Notes: generated by a model from the letters alone, not told the origin. A stretch of 64,000 bases of DNA from the human T2T-CHM13v2.0 reference genome, Homo sapiens (GCF_009914755.1 NC_060928.1), one strand, 5' to 3'; positions 43,241 to 58,056 are shown, counted from the first letter of the stretch. Program-made: numbers and translations.

Positions 43241-44081
43241 CTCAATGGAAAATAATCAAGATTCTTTTTGCATCAGTTTTGAATATAATGCTATTTTTCT
43301 TTTTTATTATTATTGTTACACAAAAATACTTAGCTGCAAATTTCCTAGTAATGTAGAAAAGCAAAACTAAAATGTAAATTTAATGAAGGTCAATAAAATA
43401 AGGTTCTTGGTTAAAGGAAGCTGGAAGAGAAAATGCCCAATTTTATAGTGTACTAAATTCTACTTCACCTAGCTGAAAACTATATTACATATTTCCTTTG
43501 GCCTTCTTTTCTCTTTGACCTTAAATAAGCAGCTAATAAAGAGAATAAATAGTCTTTCCCTTGGTAAAATAAATTAGGTGAATATGGTTCTTTCACTTAG
43601 GTGATGAAGCACTCCCAGAAGACCAACTATGTCAACATCCACCCTGTCTTCACAGTAATGTGAAAATCCTATCTACCATCTTGGATTTGCTCTTTGGAGG
43701 CCTAAATTTTCAAAGCCTCTGTAATTCATTATATTAAATGTTATTGAGTGTCAGTCACCTGCTATGAACTATGCAGAAGAGAAATTTGCCCAGCATCTTT
43801 CCAGGGAGTTCTTTACATCAAAAACTTCAACCCTGAACACCACAGTGATTTTTCATACCAATGATTTCCTTCTTACTTCAAATTTTAAGATGGGGGTTAA
43901 GAACCTGAGGAAAAAAGTGTATAATTTTATAGTATCACACTAAACTTTTTCAAAGAATTTGCAGGAAAAAATTCCTCTCAGAATTCTAACAATGTTTTTA
44001 TTGTAAGTGGTATTTTCAGTAAATTCTCATTCAACTTGTTATAAAGTGCATTTTTGTAAATTTTTTTAAAGTTAAAAATCA

Positions 44082-44378
<297 letters not shown>

Positions 44379-44495
44379 ATCAAAGTTATATCTCTTTTCA
44401 GTTATATTACAACAAAATCATAGAGGAGAATGAAATTGTTCATTGATGTGTGCCACACTGTGTAAATGAACTGCCACTTGCTACATGCCATTATC

Positions 44496-44595
44496 TAAAT
44501 ATACCAACTTGTTACTGCCCTTTCAGAGCCAAATTTTAAAGCAGGAATACATGCTGGAAATCATTTAATCCAATTCCCTCATGTAATGGGTATAG
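44496..44595 (+). repeat. Local dispersed duplication B, copy 1
   Basis: 5 mismatches in 100 nt versus 46050-46149. Confidence 0.95.
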
Positions 44596-44719
44596 AACAG
44601 AGGGAATTATGAGAGTATTAGCTAAGATTAGCCAAATAATCTCCTTTGTAATATGTGTTCACTGGTGTTTGTATTCATTTCCCAACTGTTCATAAAGTTC
44701 TTTGAAAGCAGAGTTTTTC

Positions 44720-45200
44720 CATCAAATGGAAGTTAAGTATGTACTATGGACAAGGCACTGTGGGAGTTAGAGAGGCCCAGAAATTAAATAATTGAGATGC
44801 AAAGTGGTATTACTATAAAGAGCAATGGATCAAGGCCTAATAGAGCTTCCAACCATGCTTGGAAGATTTGCAGGGAGCGTTATCATCTGAACTGACATTT
44901 GAGCATGTCATGAAGTATGGGTAGGCATTTACCAGGCAGAGAATGAGAGTGCTGAACATTCCAGGCAGGGGAGACAAAGTCACACAACAGGAATACAGCA
45001 GGTCTGAGGGAGTGAAGGCCTCCATGGCTGGGTATTAAGTACGGTGTCAAGTGAGACAGAAAAGGAAAGTTAGGGTCAATTTGGCTTCATCCAAAAAGCA
45101 ATGGTGAAGGAATGGAGGTATTTAAGCATTATATAACATTTGCATTTTAGAAATACCCCAATATATGCCCCATGAAAAATCAACTGGGGAAGGGAGGATG
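44720..45200 (-). mobile_element. L2 remnant
   Basis: GAACTGACATTTGAGC...GTAGGCATTTACCAGGCAGAG...AACATTCCAGGCAGGGG motifs. Confidence 0.65.
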
Positions 45201-46049
45201 GGAAAGGGGAAGGAGGGTATATGAACTAAAGACAAAAGGGATGAAAAGAGGTCCGATGCCACAAATAGTGTTACTTTCTTTGTAATCCACTATAGCCATA
45301 GGCTCACTAAGATACTTCATTCTTACCAGATTCTCAATTGATTAAAAAAGCAAAGATTATAGTAATTGTCCTCATTACTAAGTAGAAATCTTCCAATAAA
45401 AAGTAATGAGATTTTTTATTTAAAATTAATCGTGTAAAAAATATATCCCCAATTGTTTATTAAACTAGATGCTAATAATTGAACATTTTAATGTACCTGA
45501 AATTGCTAAGTGCCATGCAGAGTCTTATACAGTCCTATAGAAGGAGCAAACTGGCACTGAACTACATCAGTAAATTAGGTTGTTCAATAATCGTTAATAC
45601 ACAGAAAAGTAATATAACCTTTATATTTCTTGTTTATTAGAAAACGATAAAATGCCAACTTGTCAAAACAATATGTTCTCATATGATTATTACTTCTGAA
45701 TAGATATAATTAGTTGGTTGAAAGCAATTATATTTGACCCAGTGGTTTCCAATATTATCAAAAGTACTAAAGACCACCTTTCTCAGTTCAACAGCAATCC
45801 TATTTTAAGGCTAATAATCACTCTGTGCATCAGCAGAAAAACCATCCTTATAATTAGAAAAATAAGACACTAACACCTCCACCTTGGGCAAAGAGCCTTA
45901 CCCCTGAGCCTCAGTTTTCTTATATGCAAATTGCGATAGTAATGCCTGTCAGACCTACTGTCCAAGTTATTGCTTGGAATTAAATAAGACAATTAATATG
46001 AGATCAATTATAAACTGTAAAAAAAATGAAAACAAATTAAGGAATCTTT

Positions 46050-46149
46050 TAAATACACCAAGTTGTTACTGCCCTTTCATAGCCAAATTTTAAAGCAGGA
46101 ATACTTGTTGGAAATCATTTAATCCAATTCCCTCATGTAATGGGTATAG
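46050..46149 (+). repeat. Local dispersed duplication B, copy 2
   Basis: Direct copy of 44496-44595. Confidence 0.95.
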
Positions 46150-48202
46150 GTGGCAAAAAACGGAACTATTAATCCTCTTTCCTCAGAATTCAGAGCACAC
46201 ACTGTTGGTATCACTCACTTGAAAATCAATCTTGGATGGTGTCATATTCCTTTGTATATACATTGCATCATTTTGAATTTTTCAAAGTATCTTTTATTTT
46301 CCTTTCAATCAAATGTTCTATTTACATTTTCAATTAAAAAAATGATAATCAAAAGTTCAAAGTCTATTCTTCCAATTCTCTAATTAAACATACCCTAATT
46401 TTCTGTGTACAAATTACTTTCATCACAAATTTCTAAGCCATAAGGATGGACATAACAAAAACAGATGAAAAGAAAAACATATCATTTTATAAGATTCTAA
46501 TAAATCAGCAGCTATTCTTTTTAGCTTTAGACTGGTTTACAGAAAGAGAAATGATTTCCTCAGATTAGTTAACAACTATGGAAAGATTATTTATTTCCAT
46601 ATAATGAATAGCTAATAAAGAGTCTTCCATCTAATATTTTATATTAACATTGTTGAATATCTGGAACATATGCCAAAATATCCCAAAGAAAAGAGATAAA
46701 CACTTTAAAATGCTAAAAATTATCTTGCCAATTACTTTTTGTTAAAACAAATAATTTAAGAATTCATAGAAATATGCACAGCTATCTTTTTCTTTTTAAA
46801 ATTAAACTAAGTACTTAAGACCCCTGAAAATATTAATTGGAAAATGACATTTTATATATAACTAAAAAATTACAAAATTCAGCAAGTTAAACTGGCACAA
46901 TGGATATTTAATAGCCTGGTACGAAACATATGTCTATAATACAAATTGTCTAGGAATATTACACTGTGAATCTTCTTATATAACACACGAATAATTAACT
47001 CTCTCTATGAAAATTTTCAGTGTGTGTCGGCACAGTAAAACCATTGATCATATATTACTGCAAATAATTGAGACCCAGAGTTTTTGGTTATTGAACTTCC
47101 CTTTCATTGTATTTAAAATACAAAATTAGTTTTTACACAGAAGGTACATGTATACACAATGGCCCTCTTTGTGAAGCCAATGTTTTATTAAAACCCCTTT
47201 TTGTCACTCTACAAAAGGGCACTCTAAGCCTACCAACAAAACAGCTGAAAAGAACAGCAGCAATGAGTAAATGTCCCCCCGCTGGGTCTACAAAATTGTA
47301 TGTTCCCCTCATGAAGAAGGCGTGCATGTAGCATGGCTGGGAAGCAAGTGCTGGGTCTATTGTGTATTGTGTATGATCTCAAGTAGAGAAAACCATCTGT
47401 CCTTTTGCCCTGAAAAAGGACCCCCTGTGAGCCTCTTCTCACGAGCCATTATAGTTTCCTTCAACCCTGACACTAAACAGGCTTTGAACTGACGGCTATG
47501 TGACATAAAAAGTTCATCTCTAGCTATTTTTCCCCAGAGGTTTCATAGGGTTTAGGCTAAGGTGCCCAATCATGTCCTAACAAAAAGATTAGTGTGTCCC
47601 AGCATAAAGTGACACAGAGATGTGTGACCCACTTGCCATACAGAATAGAGAACAGTGAATGTAGTCAACTACAGAATATGCAAAGGCGCCTGAGGGAAAA
47701 GAAATGAGGATGGCTGAGGGCTTCTGTCTTCACTTGGAAACAAGTGCTCTTTAATGCCAACAAGCATTCTCTCAAAGAGTTGTAATGATCCTGTCTCCTT
47801 CACTCTTTCTCCAAGAAATATTCATAGAAACGACTATTCCTATTTGACCCCAGGCAAACTTAAAACTGGAGTGCAACATTAGGCTTCTCTCTGTAAAGTT
47901 TTTTTTAGAAGGCAATCACTTGGTAAGGTTGTTGAATTGTCACAGTCCCTAGGGTTTGTCTAGCTACCACCCTGATGCCAAAATGGCAAGAGGCCTTCTA
48001 CAGCATTTTCAGAGAAAGTCATGTGAGCATTTTCCTTCCTCACAACCTCCCTCCACCACCCTTGCTTCTCAATCCACTGGGCAAACACCTACCCATTATT
48101 CAGTGTTGAACTCAAAGACAACCTTTTCTGTAGACTTCCCTGCTCACTCTTCTCCTCCATATATACTGCTGTCATAGAACTGATAACATTTAATTATCAT
48201 TA

Positions 48203-48560
<358 letters not shown>

Positions 48561-49979
48561 TTATTTTTTACACATCTAACACAGTACTTGCCATAGTAGG
48601 TGCTTAATAACTATTTATAGTATAATTCTTTGGGGGGAAATCTTACAAAACTGGGTTTTATTCAACTTACTGAGCAGAAGAGAGCACCACCTTGAAGAAG
48701 CCTTAGCAGGATCTCCAACAGGGTAGAAGAGGTTAGGGAAGGAAACATTCAGGGTTTTAGCGGCTGGTGTCAGTCATAGAGTAGTTTCAGGGTAATCAGT
48801 TTCAGTTAGTCAGTGTGGTCTAGGCAGGAATTGCTCTGTACTGCAATTCTTGAATTCTCTCAATGATGGCGAGCCCACCACATGAAAAGAAAGCCATTTT
48901 TAAACAACCTTGTTAGATGGGAAAAAATTCTCTTATTTTCAACAGAAATGTGCTCCCTGTTCATTTCCACTCCGGGACCCAAGTTCTGCCCTGTAGTAGA
49001 AATAGCCCACCACACACTGGAAGACAACCACCACGCTTTCCTTAACATCACTACCACCAACCACTTCTAGCTCTTGTCCTTTGCAAGCTAAATGTTTCCA
49101 TTCTCTTCTGCTGTTATTCCTACAAGATAAATTTTAGATGCTTTCATATTCATTGCTCCCGCCTGGAACTGCTCTAGTTTGTAACCACTTCTTTCTAAAC
49201 AAAACAAAATACTGCATGCATGATTCAAATTGTGCATCATGTAATAGAACTACTATTTACTTTGCTCCAGGAACAATATTGTTATTAATATTGCATTAAT
49301 TATTCCCCCTTAGCCTTCTCCTTGTATCCCTCTCTCCATGCTTCTAAAAGGGATGATTAAAAACTTCAATAGAATTTAGGAACTCTGTTTCCTCAATGAC
49401 CAGGTATTTAACCAAACAGAGAGAAACTTGTGTATAAAGTCCATTATTATCCATATATTCATACTAATTTAGAGCTTTTGTTAAAAGTCACAGATTACAA
49501 GCAGTTGCTTCAAGTAATTAGCCTGGTTGAAAGACAGAAAGCAAGAGTGGGGCTAGGGTGGGAGCTGGAGAGTGGGGGAGGAAAAATCTTAACTGAATTC
49601 TTCAGTTTTGAAACAGATTTTTTAAAAATTTTCTCTTCTGAAAGTATCTAGCAACTAAATTAGATTTGTCCTATATGAAAATATCAGAACAACGTCCCCA
49701 GACAACCTGTATTTTCATACACTTCAAACAACAAATAAGAGTCTTTGTTGAAAATACCAACACATAAATCACAGAAAAATTTCACTTAATAGTAAATACC
49801 CTGGGAATCTTCCAGAGAACTTAGATTATATAGGATTTCTATGTATCCATTTCTGATTCTACAGTCCAATATTTGAGTTTTCTGGCCCAATTAATACATT
49901 TTATTATTATGTTACACCATGACTTGCATGTAAATATAATTTCCCATTTCTAGAACTGCAAACAAAATGTGCTATTATT

Positions 49980-50278
<299 letters not shown>

Positions 50279-50906
50279 CTATTACTTTAATGAGCTTGAG
50301 CTGAATCAGCATATCTATTCAGGTCACCTCTCTACAGCACAGAAATAGAATTTGATCTATATAATTTCAAATCCAACATAATCTACTTGTCAGAGAACAC
50401 GCAGCTATGTAGCTTTATAAATGTTCAGTGATTATATCCTTTGTCTGGCATTCATATTTCTTATATGTTGAAATGGTATCTTACAAAAAGAAATATTTGG
50501 CAGTTTCATCAAAGAAAAAGCCTGGATGCCTTAAATTATTAATTTGTATTGAATTTAGTCCTATAATTTTTTGGAAAATGTTTTATATGTTTTTCCTAAG
50601 AAAGTTACATTTGTAGAGCTGAAGGTCCGTTGGCCAGCTCCTTGAGTATTCTGAAAAACTAAATATACTATCAAATATATATGAAATGTATTCTTATGAA
50701 AATTTACAATACAATACACTGAGTACTTAGGCCTGGCTAATTGCAGGAAATTGCCTCCTGTTAATGACGTAGTTAAAACAAGAATATTGTCCCCATGTAA
50801 CACCTTCTAGTTTCAATTCTGTTTATAAAGAATTTGGTGACTCGGCATAATGTTCACTTCCCTTAAAGGACTCTCTCTTCACAAATGATTCATTTTTAAG
50901 AAAAGC

Positions 50907-51278
50907 TTCTTAGTCCTTTAGGCTGTTCTAACAAAAATATCAAAAACTAGGTAGCTTATAAAATTAACTTTTATTTCTCACAGTTCTGGAGGCTGGGAAG
51001 TTGAAAATCAAGGTGGCAGCAGATTCAGTGTCTGGTGAGGGCCTGCTTCCTCTTGAATGGCACCTTGTAGCTGTGTTCACACATGGTGGAAGGGGCACGT
51101 CAACTCCCTAGGGACCTTTTTATATGGGCACTAATCCAATTTATCTGGCCTCTGTCCTCATGAACTAGTCACCTCTCAAAAGACCTACCTCTTAATTCTA
51201 TCACACTGGAGATTCATTTTTAACATATGAGTTTTGGGCGGGGGGATGGGGGAAGACACAGACACCCAAACCACATCA
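50907..51278 (-). mobile_element. MLT1A-type MaLR solo LTR
   Basis: TTTATTTCTCACAGTTCTGGAGGCTGGGAAG, GTGTCTGGTGAGGGCCTGCTTCCT, GGCACTAATCC motifs. Confidence 0.85.
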
Positions 51279-51453
51279 AAAAATCAGTTTATCCTCCAAT
51301 TTGTTGTAACTGGTTCACAATTCTATTTTAATTTCTGCATTAATTATATGGCTTACTGTAAGATTTTCATAGTCAAGGACCCAGGAATGCAACAGATTTT
51401 GTGTTTGGCCAGAAAGAACGGAATTTTAGGATTTTTAAAAAATATACCTCTCC

Positions 51454-51718
51454 GGCTGGGTGCAGTGACTCATGCCAGTAATCCCAGTGCTTTGGGAGGT
51501 TGAGACCATCCTGGGCAAAATAAAGACTCCATCTCTTCAAAAAATTAGAAGATTAGCCAGGTCTGGCTAATCTGCACACCTCAGTCCCAGCTGCTCAAGA
51601 GGCTGAGCTGAGAATCGCTTGGGTCCAGGATTTTGAAGCAATAGTGAGCCCTGATTGTGCCAATGCACTCCAGCTTGGGCGACACAGCAAGACCCTGTCT
51701 CAATCAATCAATTAAAAC
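51454..51718 (+). mobile_element. AluJ-like with left-arm deletion
   Basis: TTTGGGAGG joined directly to TTGAGACCA; AAAAAATATACCTC on both flanks. Confidence 0.88.
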
Positions 51719-52384
51719 AAAAAATATACCTCCCTCATAATTAGAAATAAACTGTGAGTTTTGAAAAGTAAAATGTTTATAAAAGTTAAATAAACTAATA
51801 TAAATGATAAATGTGTACATAGGCACATACACGTGTTGAAAAGCTTTTATCAATTGTATTAATTATTTTTTGTTAATGAGCCATATCCACAACAACCGTG
51901 TGAACATTTGCCCTTTATTCTACTATGTATCTACATTTCCTTTTTCTCCAGCATCCTGGAGCTTTACTTTCCTATCTTACATTTGTTTTCTGTAGACCAA
52001 ATCAGTTCTGAAAATTCTACATTTGGGGTAGCAACATGAACAGTCTGCTCTAATAAAGAATTCTCAATCTGATGATCCTTAGGATACTGAAAGATGAGGC
52101 AGGGTCTAAGATCTAGCAAAGGGTTTACTTTGTCTTATGAGGAAACTAGAGTTCCTGGAGCTTTCCCACAGGTTTGGCCTGCACTACCTGGACTGGTCTA
52201 TCTGGGTCTGCTATAGAAACAAAGATAAAAATTAAAAATGTTAAACACTTCGCAGGACTGAACAATGAAAATGACAACATGATTAAATGTTGAGGCTTCC
52301 TTTCTCCTGATCACCAGTGTGCATTACTATATGTTCAGAAGAAGTTTAGAGACAAAAAACACCTCAAATACCCATCAACTCAGA

Positions 52385-53170
52385 CTATTTTAAAAATTAC
52401 ACATCCATTCAATGGAATTCTATTCAGATATTAAAGCAGCAAAAGATGAGACAGCGTCATCTATAAAACATTCTTGCCAAAAATGTTTAACCTGAATCTT
52501 ACCAACTTTACGGGAAACATAAGGAATAGCAGACAAGTGAAATAACACCATGCATAAACAAATAAATTGAGAACATAGAACGTTCTAACAAATACAATGC
52601 ACAAACTTTGAATAGATCTTGGTCTGGGGGAGAAAAGTTAGCTATGAAGACATTCATGAGACCATGGTGGAAACCTGAATATACACTGAATATTAGATGA
52701 CATTAGGAAATTATTTTCTTAGGTATGATTATAGTATTGTGGTTATATCTTTAGATAATTCATGCTGAAATACTTGTTTTGTTTTGTTTTTTTTTTGAGA
52801 CAGAGTCTTGCTCTGTCGCCCAGGCTGGAGCGCAATGGCAAGATCTCCGCTCACTGCAACCTCAGTCTCCTGAGTTCAAGTGATTCTCCTGCCTCAGCCT
52901 CCCAAGTACTACAGGCAAGCACCACCACACCCGACTAATTTTTTGTATTTTTAGTAAAGATGTAGTTTCACCATGTTGGCCAGGCTGGTCTCGAACTCCT
53001 GACCTTGTGATCCGCCCACCTCGACCTCCCAAAGTGGCTGAAATACTTAATGGTAAAGTGTCATAATATCTACAACTTACATTTGAATGGTTCAACAAAA
53101 TGTATGTGTTTACATACACATGTAGCTATAGATATAACAGATATAAATATGTAGATAGACAAAGGAAGCA
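52385..53170 (+). mobile_element. L1MC-type 3' end remnant interrupted by Alu
   Basis: CATCCATTCAATGGAATTCTATTCAG, TATTAGATGACATTAGG, TGTCATAATATCTACAACTTAC motifs. Confidence 0.65.
52776..53036 (-). mobile_element. 5'-truncated Alu (AluS)
   Basis: Perfect TSD GCTGAAATACTT at 52764-52775 and 53037-53048; Alu stops at CCCAAAGTG. Confidence 0.95.
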
Positions 53171-55397
53171 CATCTTAAAATGTTAGACTTTAATATTAAA
53201 TAGGAAAAGAAGTTAATTAATTAATTGGGAGAGTACAAGAATACACTTTACAAAACAGTATGCAAAGGACTCTTCTAAATAAGTGTAGTTAACTACAAGC
53301 AATATATATATTAGTTACCATTCAATAGTTTTCAAAGAATAAAATTACAATTAAACTAAAGCTGATCAGGGAATTGCTTAACTTTTCTTGATTAGCCAGA
53401 ATGCCATCAAGTAACCATACAGTACAAAGGTTGTTATAAATTGACTTAAAGTCATTCTCCAAAAACTGTTTTCTTGAACATACTTCCACATCAGCTCCTA
53501 TATTTTTACAATTCCGTTATTTTCCTTAAAATGGCAAAAAAAAAAAAAAAAAATCTAAATTCCAAATAAACAAGATTTTTTTTGAGTGGGAGGGATGGAA
53601 AGAACAGTTATTTTGACATTTTAGGCTCCTTTTTAATCAAACAGTAGAAATTTTAACTTCTACTAGCACTCCACCAGTCAAACCACCTTAGGAATGTTTA
53701 GGTGATCAGACAGTCCCTTCTAGAAGGCACCTGGATATGAGCTGGTTGTGACTAAAGGGATAACAGTGGTTGTTAACTACTAATAATCTACTCAAAACCA
53801 TATTTTATATGCACAAAGCTCAATAGCATTCAATAACAGAAAAAGCCACTTCCAAGTTGTTAAATGTTTATTCCATGGTTATTAATCTAATCATTTTGAA
53901 GAAAACTGGTCTAAAAGATTATACCCATCTAGTTAATAAGGAGTAATGCTAAAGCAAAGATAACTATAAGAGGGTGTTTTCTTTTAAAACTATACCTTTA
54001 TTTTAGAGCAACATAAGCACTTTTGTTTGTTATACTACTAAACTTACTTCCTTAAAATCACTTTCCCCCAAGAACAGTGAGTGCTCTTTCTAAGTCACAG
54101 TCGAATGTGCTATTGTTAATATAATCATAAATTCTCCTAGCTGAGCCTAAGGGTGTATGTCATTATGCCATGCTGCAGGCAGCAGAAAACCAACCCAATG
54201 GGAAAAATGATGATTTGCACAGTTAAATTATATTTTTGCTTCAAATTTGTTTTTAAAGCTAGTTCATCTCTCAACGAAATCATTTTTTTAATATGAACAC
54301 TGACATTCATACTAAGCAATTTTTCAGCTACTCTAAAAAACACAGTAAAATGTTGATGGATTTCTGGCTGGGTTTTAAATCCAGCTCCCCAAAGAGTAAG
54401 AACAACAGAAATGAAAGTTCCTGCAAAACCTTCAGGACAAAACATCAAGAGTGATTATTATTAACAAAGATACTCCTTTGATCTTAGATAACTACAATGT
54501 TTTCCCCTCTATGGCACAAAAATGGAGCCAGTAGCAGAAGTGGAAAAGAACTAAAAGGTGTTGCATAAAAATGAGAAAAAATAATGAAAAAGACAAAGCT
54601 GAACCCAACAAAACATCACTGATTTGTGGCACAGTGGAAAAATGAACTGAGATTTTGGTAGGAATTCTGAGAAGTTGTCATTTAACTATTTATAGAGTCA
54701 AGAACTGTTAAAGATATTCTTCAATATCATTTGCTAATCATTTATACTATGGTTATATCACCCTGCCTTTGAGAGTTCACCACAGTGCTGGTGGGGATAC
54801 CTGGAGATCAGAACTTTCTTTCCCTGGCTAATGTGCCATTTAGCTGTTCACATTATGGGTTCATAAAATTAGAACCAGTAATTCCACCTATAGGTAATTA
54901 TCAACATGCACGCAGATATATTAAGTTTGCTGTGTTCTAGATATGAAGTCTTGAGAACACTCGCTTAAGCTATGTATTGTTAAGGCTACTTGATTCAGAC
55001 TATACATAAAAGGCTCTGATGAAACTAAAATATTTATTGTACCTAATTATGACTAGTTACTATCTAAACTTTATTACTATTGCTCTATGCATGGTAAAGC
55101 ACTGAAGAAAAAAAGGATAAAGATCATATTTTTAAGGAAAGAAAAATACTATAATGTTCTTAATGAACATAAGAACAAGCTGTATACTCTGAAATGTGTC
55201 ACACACAAAAACTAAGCAGCATTAAGTAGAGAGGATAATTGAGTTGAAAAGGAGAAATTTATATAAAATATAAGTTACTTCTTTTTTTCTCCAAACTGAA
55301 AATATCCCTGTGTATTTGAGTTAGAGAGCTGCTATAGCTTAGTTGGGTCACTGAACAAAATGCGAAAGTTCAGGCTTTAGACCTCACTAAAGAAAAA

Positions 55398-55680
55398 GGG
55401 TCTCACTCTATTGTATAGGCTGGAGTGCAGTGGCATGGCCATGGCTCATATAACCTCGAACTTCTGGGCTCAAGCAATCCTCCTGCCTCAGCCCACCAAG
55501 TAGCTGGGACTACCGGCATGTGCCACCATACCAGGCTAATTTTTTTTCTTTTTCTTTTTCTTTTTTTTTTAAGAGAAAGGGTCTCACCATGTTGCCCAGG
55601 CTGGTCTCAAACTCCTGGGCTTAAGTGATCCTCCCACCTAGGCATCCCAAAGTGCTAGGATTACAGGCGTGAGCCCCATC
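55398..55680 (-). mobile_element. AluJ (tail absent)
   Basis: GGGTCTCACTCT...GGGCTCAAGCAATCCTCC...CTCCTGGGCTTAAGTGATCC. Confidence 0.9.
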
Positions 55681-56267
55681 AGCTAGCAACGTGTTTTTAA
55701 AAATTACTTGAATGCTTTTAGGTAGGTCTTACAATCCAATCTGCTGACAAGATAGCCTAGTCTAACAAACTTCACACAAGTGTGTTATTTGTCTGACATT
55801 TGAGTTTGCCATCTGGCTTTAGACTTTAGTCCAACCCAGAGTATCTTCATTTATACTAACGTTTCTTCCCCTTCTCTTCCATTTCTTCCTGCTTTCTAGA
55901 AACTCATCAAGCCCTACTTCTGAAAGTTGAGAAACACTTTCTTTACTAACCTTAGACTATCTCAGCTAAAGTTCTGCAAACCTCCAAACTACTTCCTTCC
56001 AAATATCCCCAGTGGAAAACATCTATCAACCCACAGAACAGTTTACTATTAGTTATATTATTTTATCTAAGTGGGAAAAAACAGTGTTCTATGACCAAAA
56101 ACGTTTGGAAAACATGCTGTATTATATTCTCCAGTCTGGAGATTCACAAGGCACAAAACCTACAGTAAATAAATCTGCGTATATGTGTTTAATTTAATGT
56201 ATCTCTGATTTATTTGATCTTGAAAACCTTCTTCCTTACAACATTTGTTAACAATAAAAAGGAAATG

Positions 56268-56573
56268 GGACCAGGTGCAGTGGCTCACGCCTATAATCCC
56301 AGCACTTTGGGAGGCCGAGGCAGGCAGATCACCTGAGGTCAGGTGTTTGAGACCAGCCTGGCCAACATGGCAAAACCCTGTCTCTACTAAAAATACAAAA
56401 ATTAGCCAGTCATGGTGACATGTGCCTGTAATCCCAGCTACTCAGGAGGCTGAGGCAGGAGAATTACTTGAACCTAGAAGGTAGAGGTTGCAGTGAGCCA
56501 AGATCGCACCAGTGTACTCTAGCCTGGCCTGGATGACAGAGTGAGACTCCGTCAAAAACAAGAAAAGAAAAGA
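56268..56573 (+). mobile_element. Alu (AluSx-like)
   Basis: Full dimer, (GAAAA)n tail; flanks AAAAGGAAATGG / AAAAGGCAATGG. Confidence 0.95.
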
Positions 56574-56719
56574 AAAGGCAATGGTGCTCTGAGGAACACA
56601 GTTGAAAGCACTGCAATGCACGGAAGACAATTAAGTAAATGGATCACTGTAAAAATGCAATTCCAAAGGTGCTCATAAATAGATTATTGGCAACTAAAAG
56701 AGAAAAACTACCAGAAAGC

Positions 56720-57630
56720 CATGGGGCTCTGTGCTGAACTTTCTCACGCTTAGGCATTTTATTACAGAATCAGAAGAAAACACCATTAGTCAGTTTTCAT
56801 CAAATTTCCAAGTCACATGAAGGCAAAGGAAGCTGGAAATTTATTGAAAGAATAATTATTCCAACAAATTCTGACAAGGCCGGATTTAGGTTTTATAAAC
56901 ACAGGTAAGTATTTAATAAAAATATATAGGTAGTCTTGAATTTGTCCCCCCATGCCCCACCCAGGAAAAAAAAAAAAAACCTATACAATAAAGAGTGAGG
57001 AAGACAGGACTTAACAGCATGTATAAAAAAAAAAACTTCAGGATTTTCATCAGTGCTAAATTCAGTATCAGCCAATAGAATTACGAGACCAGCAAGAAAG
57101 TTATTATAATTTTAGTCTGCTTAGTTAGCAGTATAGTTTCTAGAACTAGGGAAGTTTTTTTTCTCTCCCATTCTTGCATACACCTGTCAGGCCACATCTG
57201 GAGCTTCATTGAGAATCAGTTGCACAAATTTAAGAAAGAAATAGATGAGCTTGAACCTCTGAATGAATTAAGGGAATTTATTCTAAAAATAAAGCCATCG
57301 ATAGGAAATATAATAGGTCATTTTAAATACTTGAAGAGTTATCATAGTACAGAGGTACTCAACTTGTTTTTTATGATGTAGAGCAAGAATGGTATACAGA
57401 ATCAAATGATCCATGCTATATAAAGAGAAGAATTTCAACCTAACAAAAAGGTGAAGTTTTCTAACAAATTGTCCAAAATTGAAAGCTCTATTTCAAATGA
57501 TAATCATAAATTCAATGACTTATGTCACCAACTATTATAGCCAGAATGTCACCAAGGGAATTCAAGTATCAAATGTAATGTATGTCTAGATAACTTTCAA
57601 ACACACTCTCTCCAACACTGAGATTCTAAA
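56720..57630 (+). mobile_element. L3/CR1 remnant
   Basis: CAGGCCACATCTGGAG, TTTAAATACTTGAAGAGTTATCA, terminal TCCAACACTGAGATTCT motifs. Confidence 0.6.
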
Positions 57631-57717
57631 ATACTAGCCAAGGCAGCGTTGTCCCTTGGAGACAACATTATGACGAATAATGCAATTCACACAATCTAAA
57701 AAAGGGATTATCAGTGC

Positions 57718-58056
57718 CAGTGGTTGTGAGAAGCTGAATGCTGACTCGAGAGAGCTGATGGTTCAGCTTTCAGGATTTTGCAAGCCCATTGTTAAACACA
57801 GTGATTATTAAAACAAATTTTATAAACTTACTATTTAAAAATTACTCTAAAAGCAAAGCTAATAAACACTCAAATATCACTTCCTAACATTACTGTGTTA
57901 ACTTGAAATCAATCCTGGTAGGATATTTACACCCGAAAAACTTGCAAATGCTACAAATCAGAGTTGGGTTGTTGTTTGTTGGTTTTTGTTTTGTTTTGTT
58001 TTTTGTTTTTTTGTCTGTTTGAGAGTGATTAAGCATTTATCAGCAGCATACCACAT
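57718..58056 (+). mobile_element. MER113-like hAT DNA transposon
   Basis: CAGTGG start; TTTCAGGATTTTGCAAGCCCATTGTTAAACACAG; ends AGCATACCAC. Confidence 0.65.

Noticed and set aside
56902-56910. Perfect plus-strand donor CAG|GTAAGT
   Set aside because: Inside an L3/CR1 remnant with no convincing upstream acceptor or open exon.
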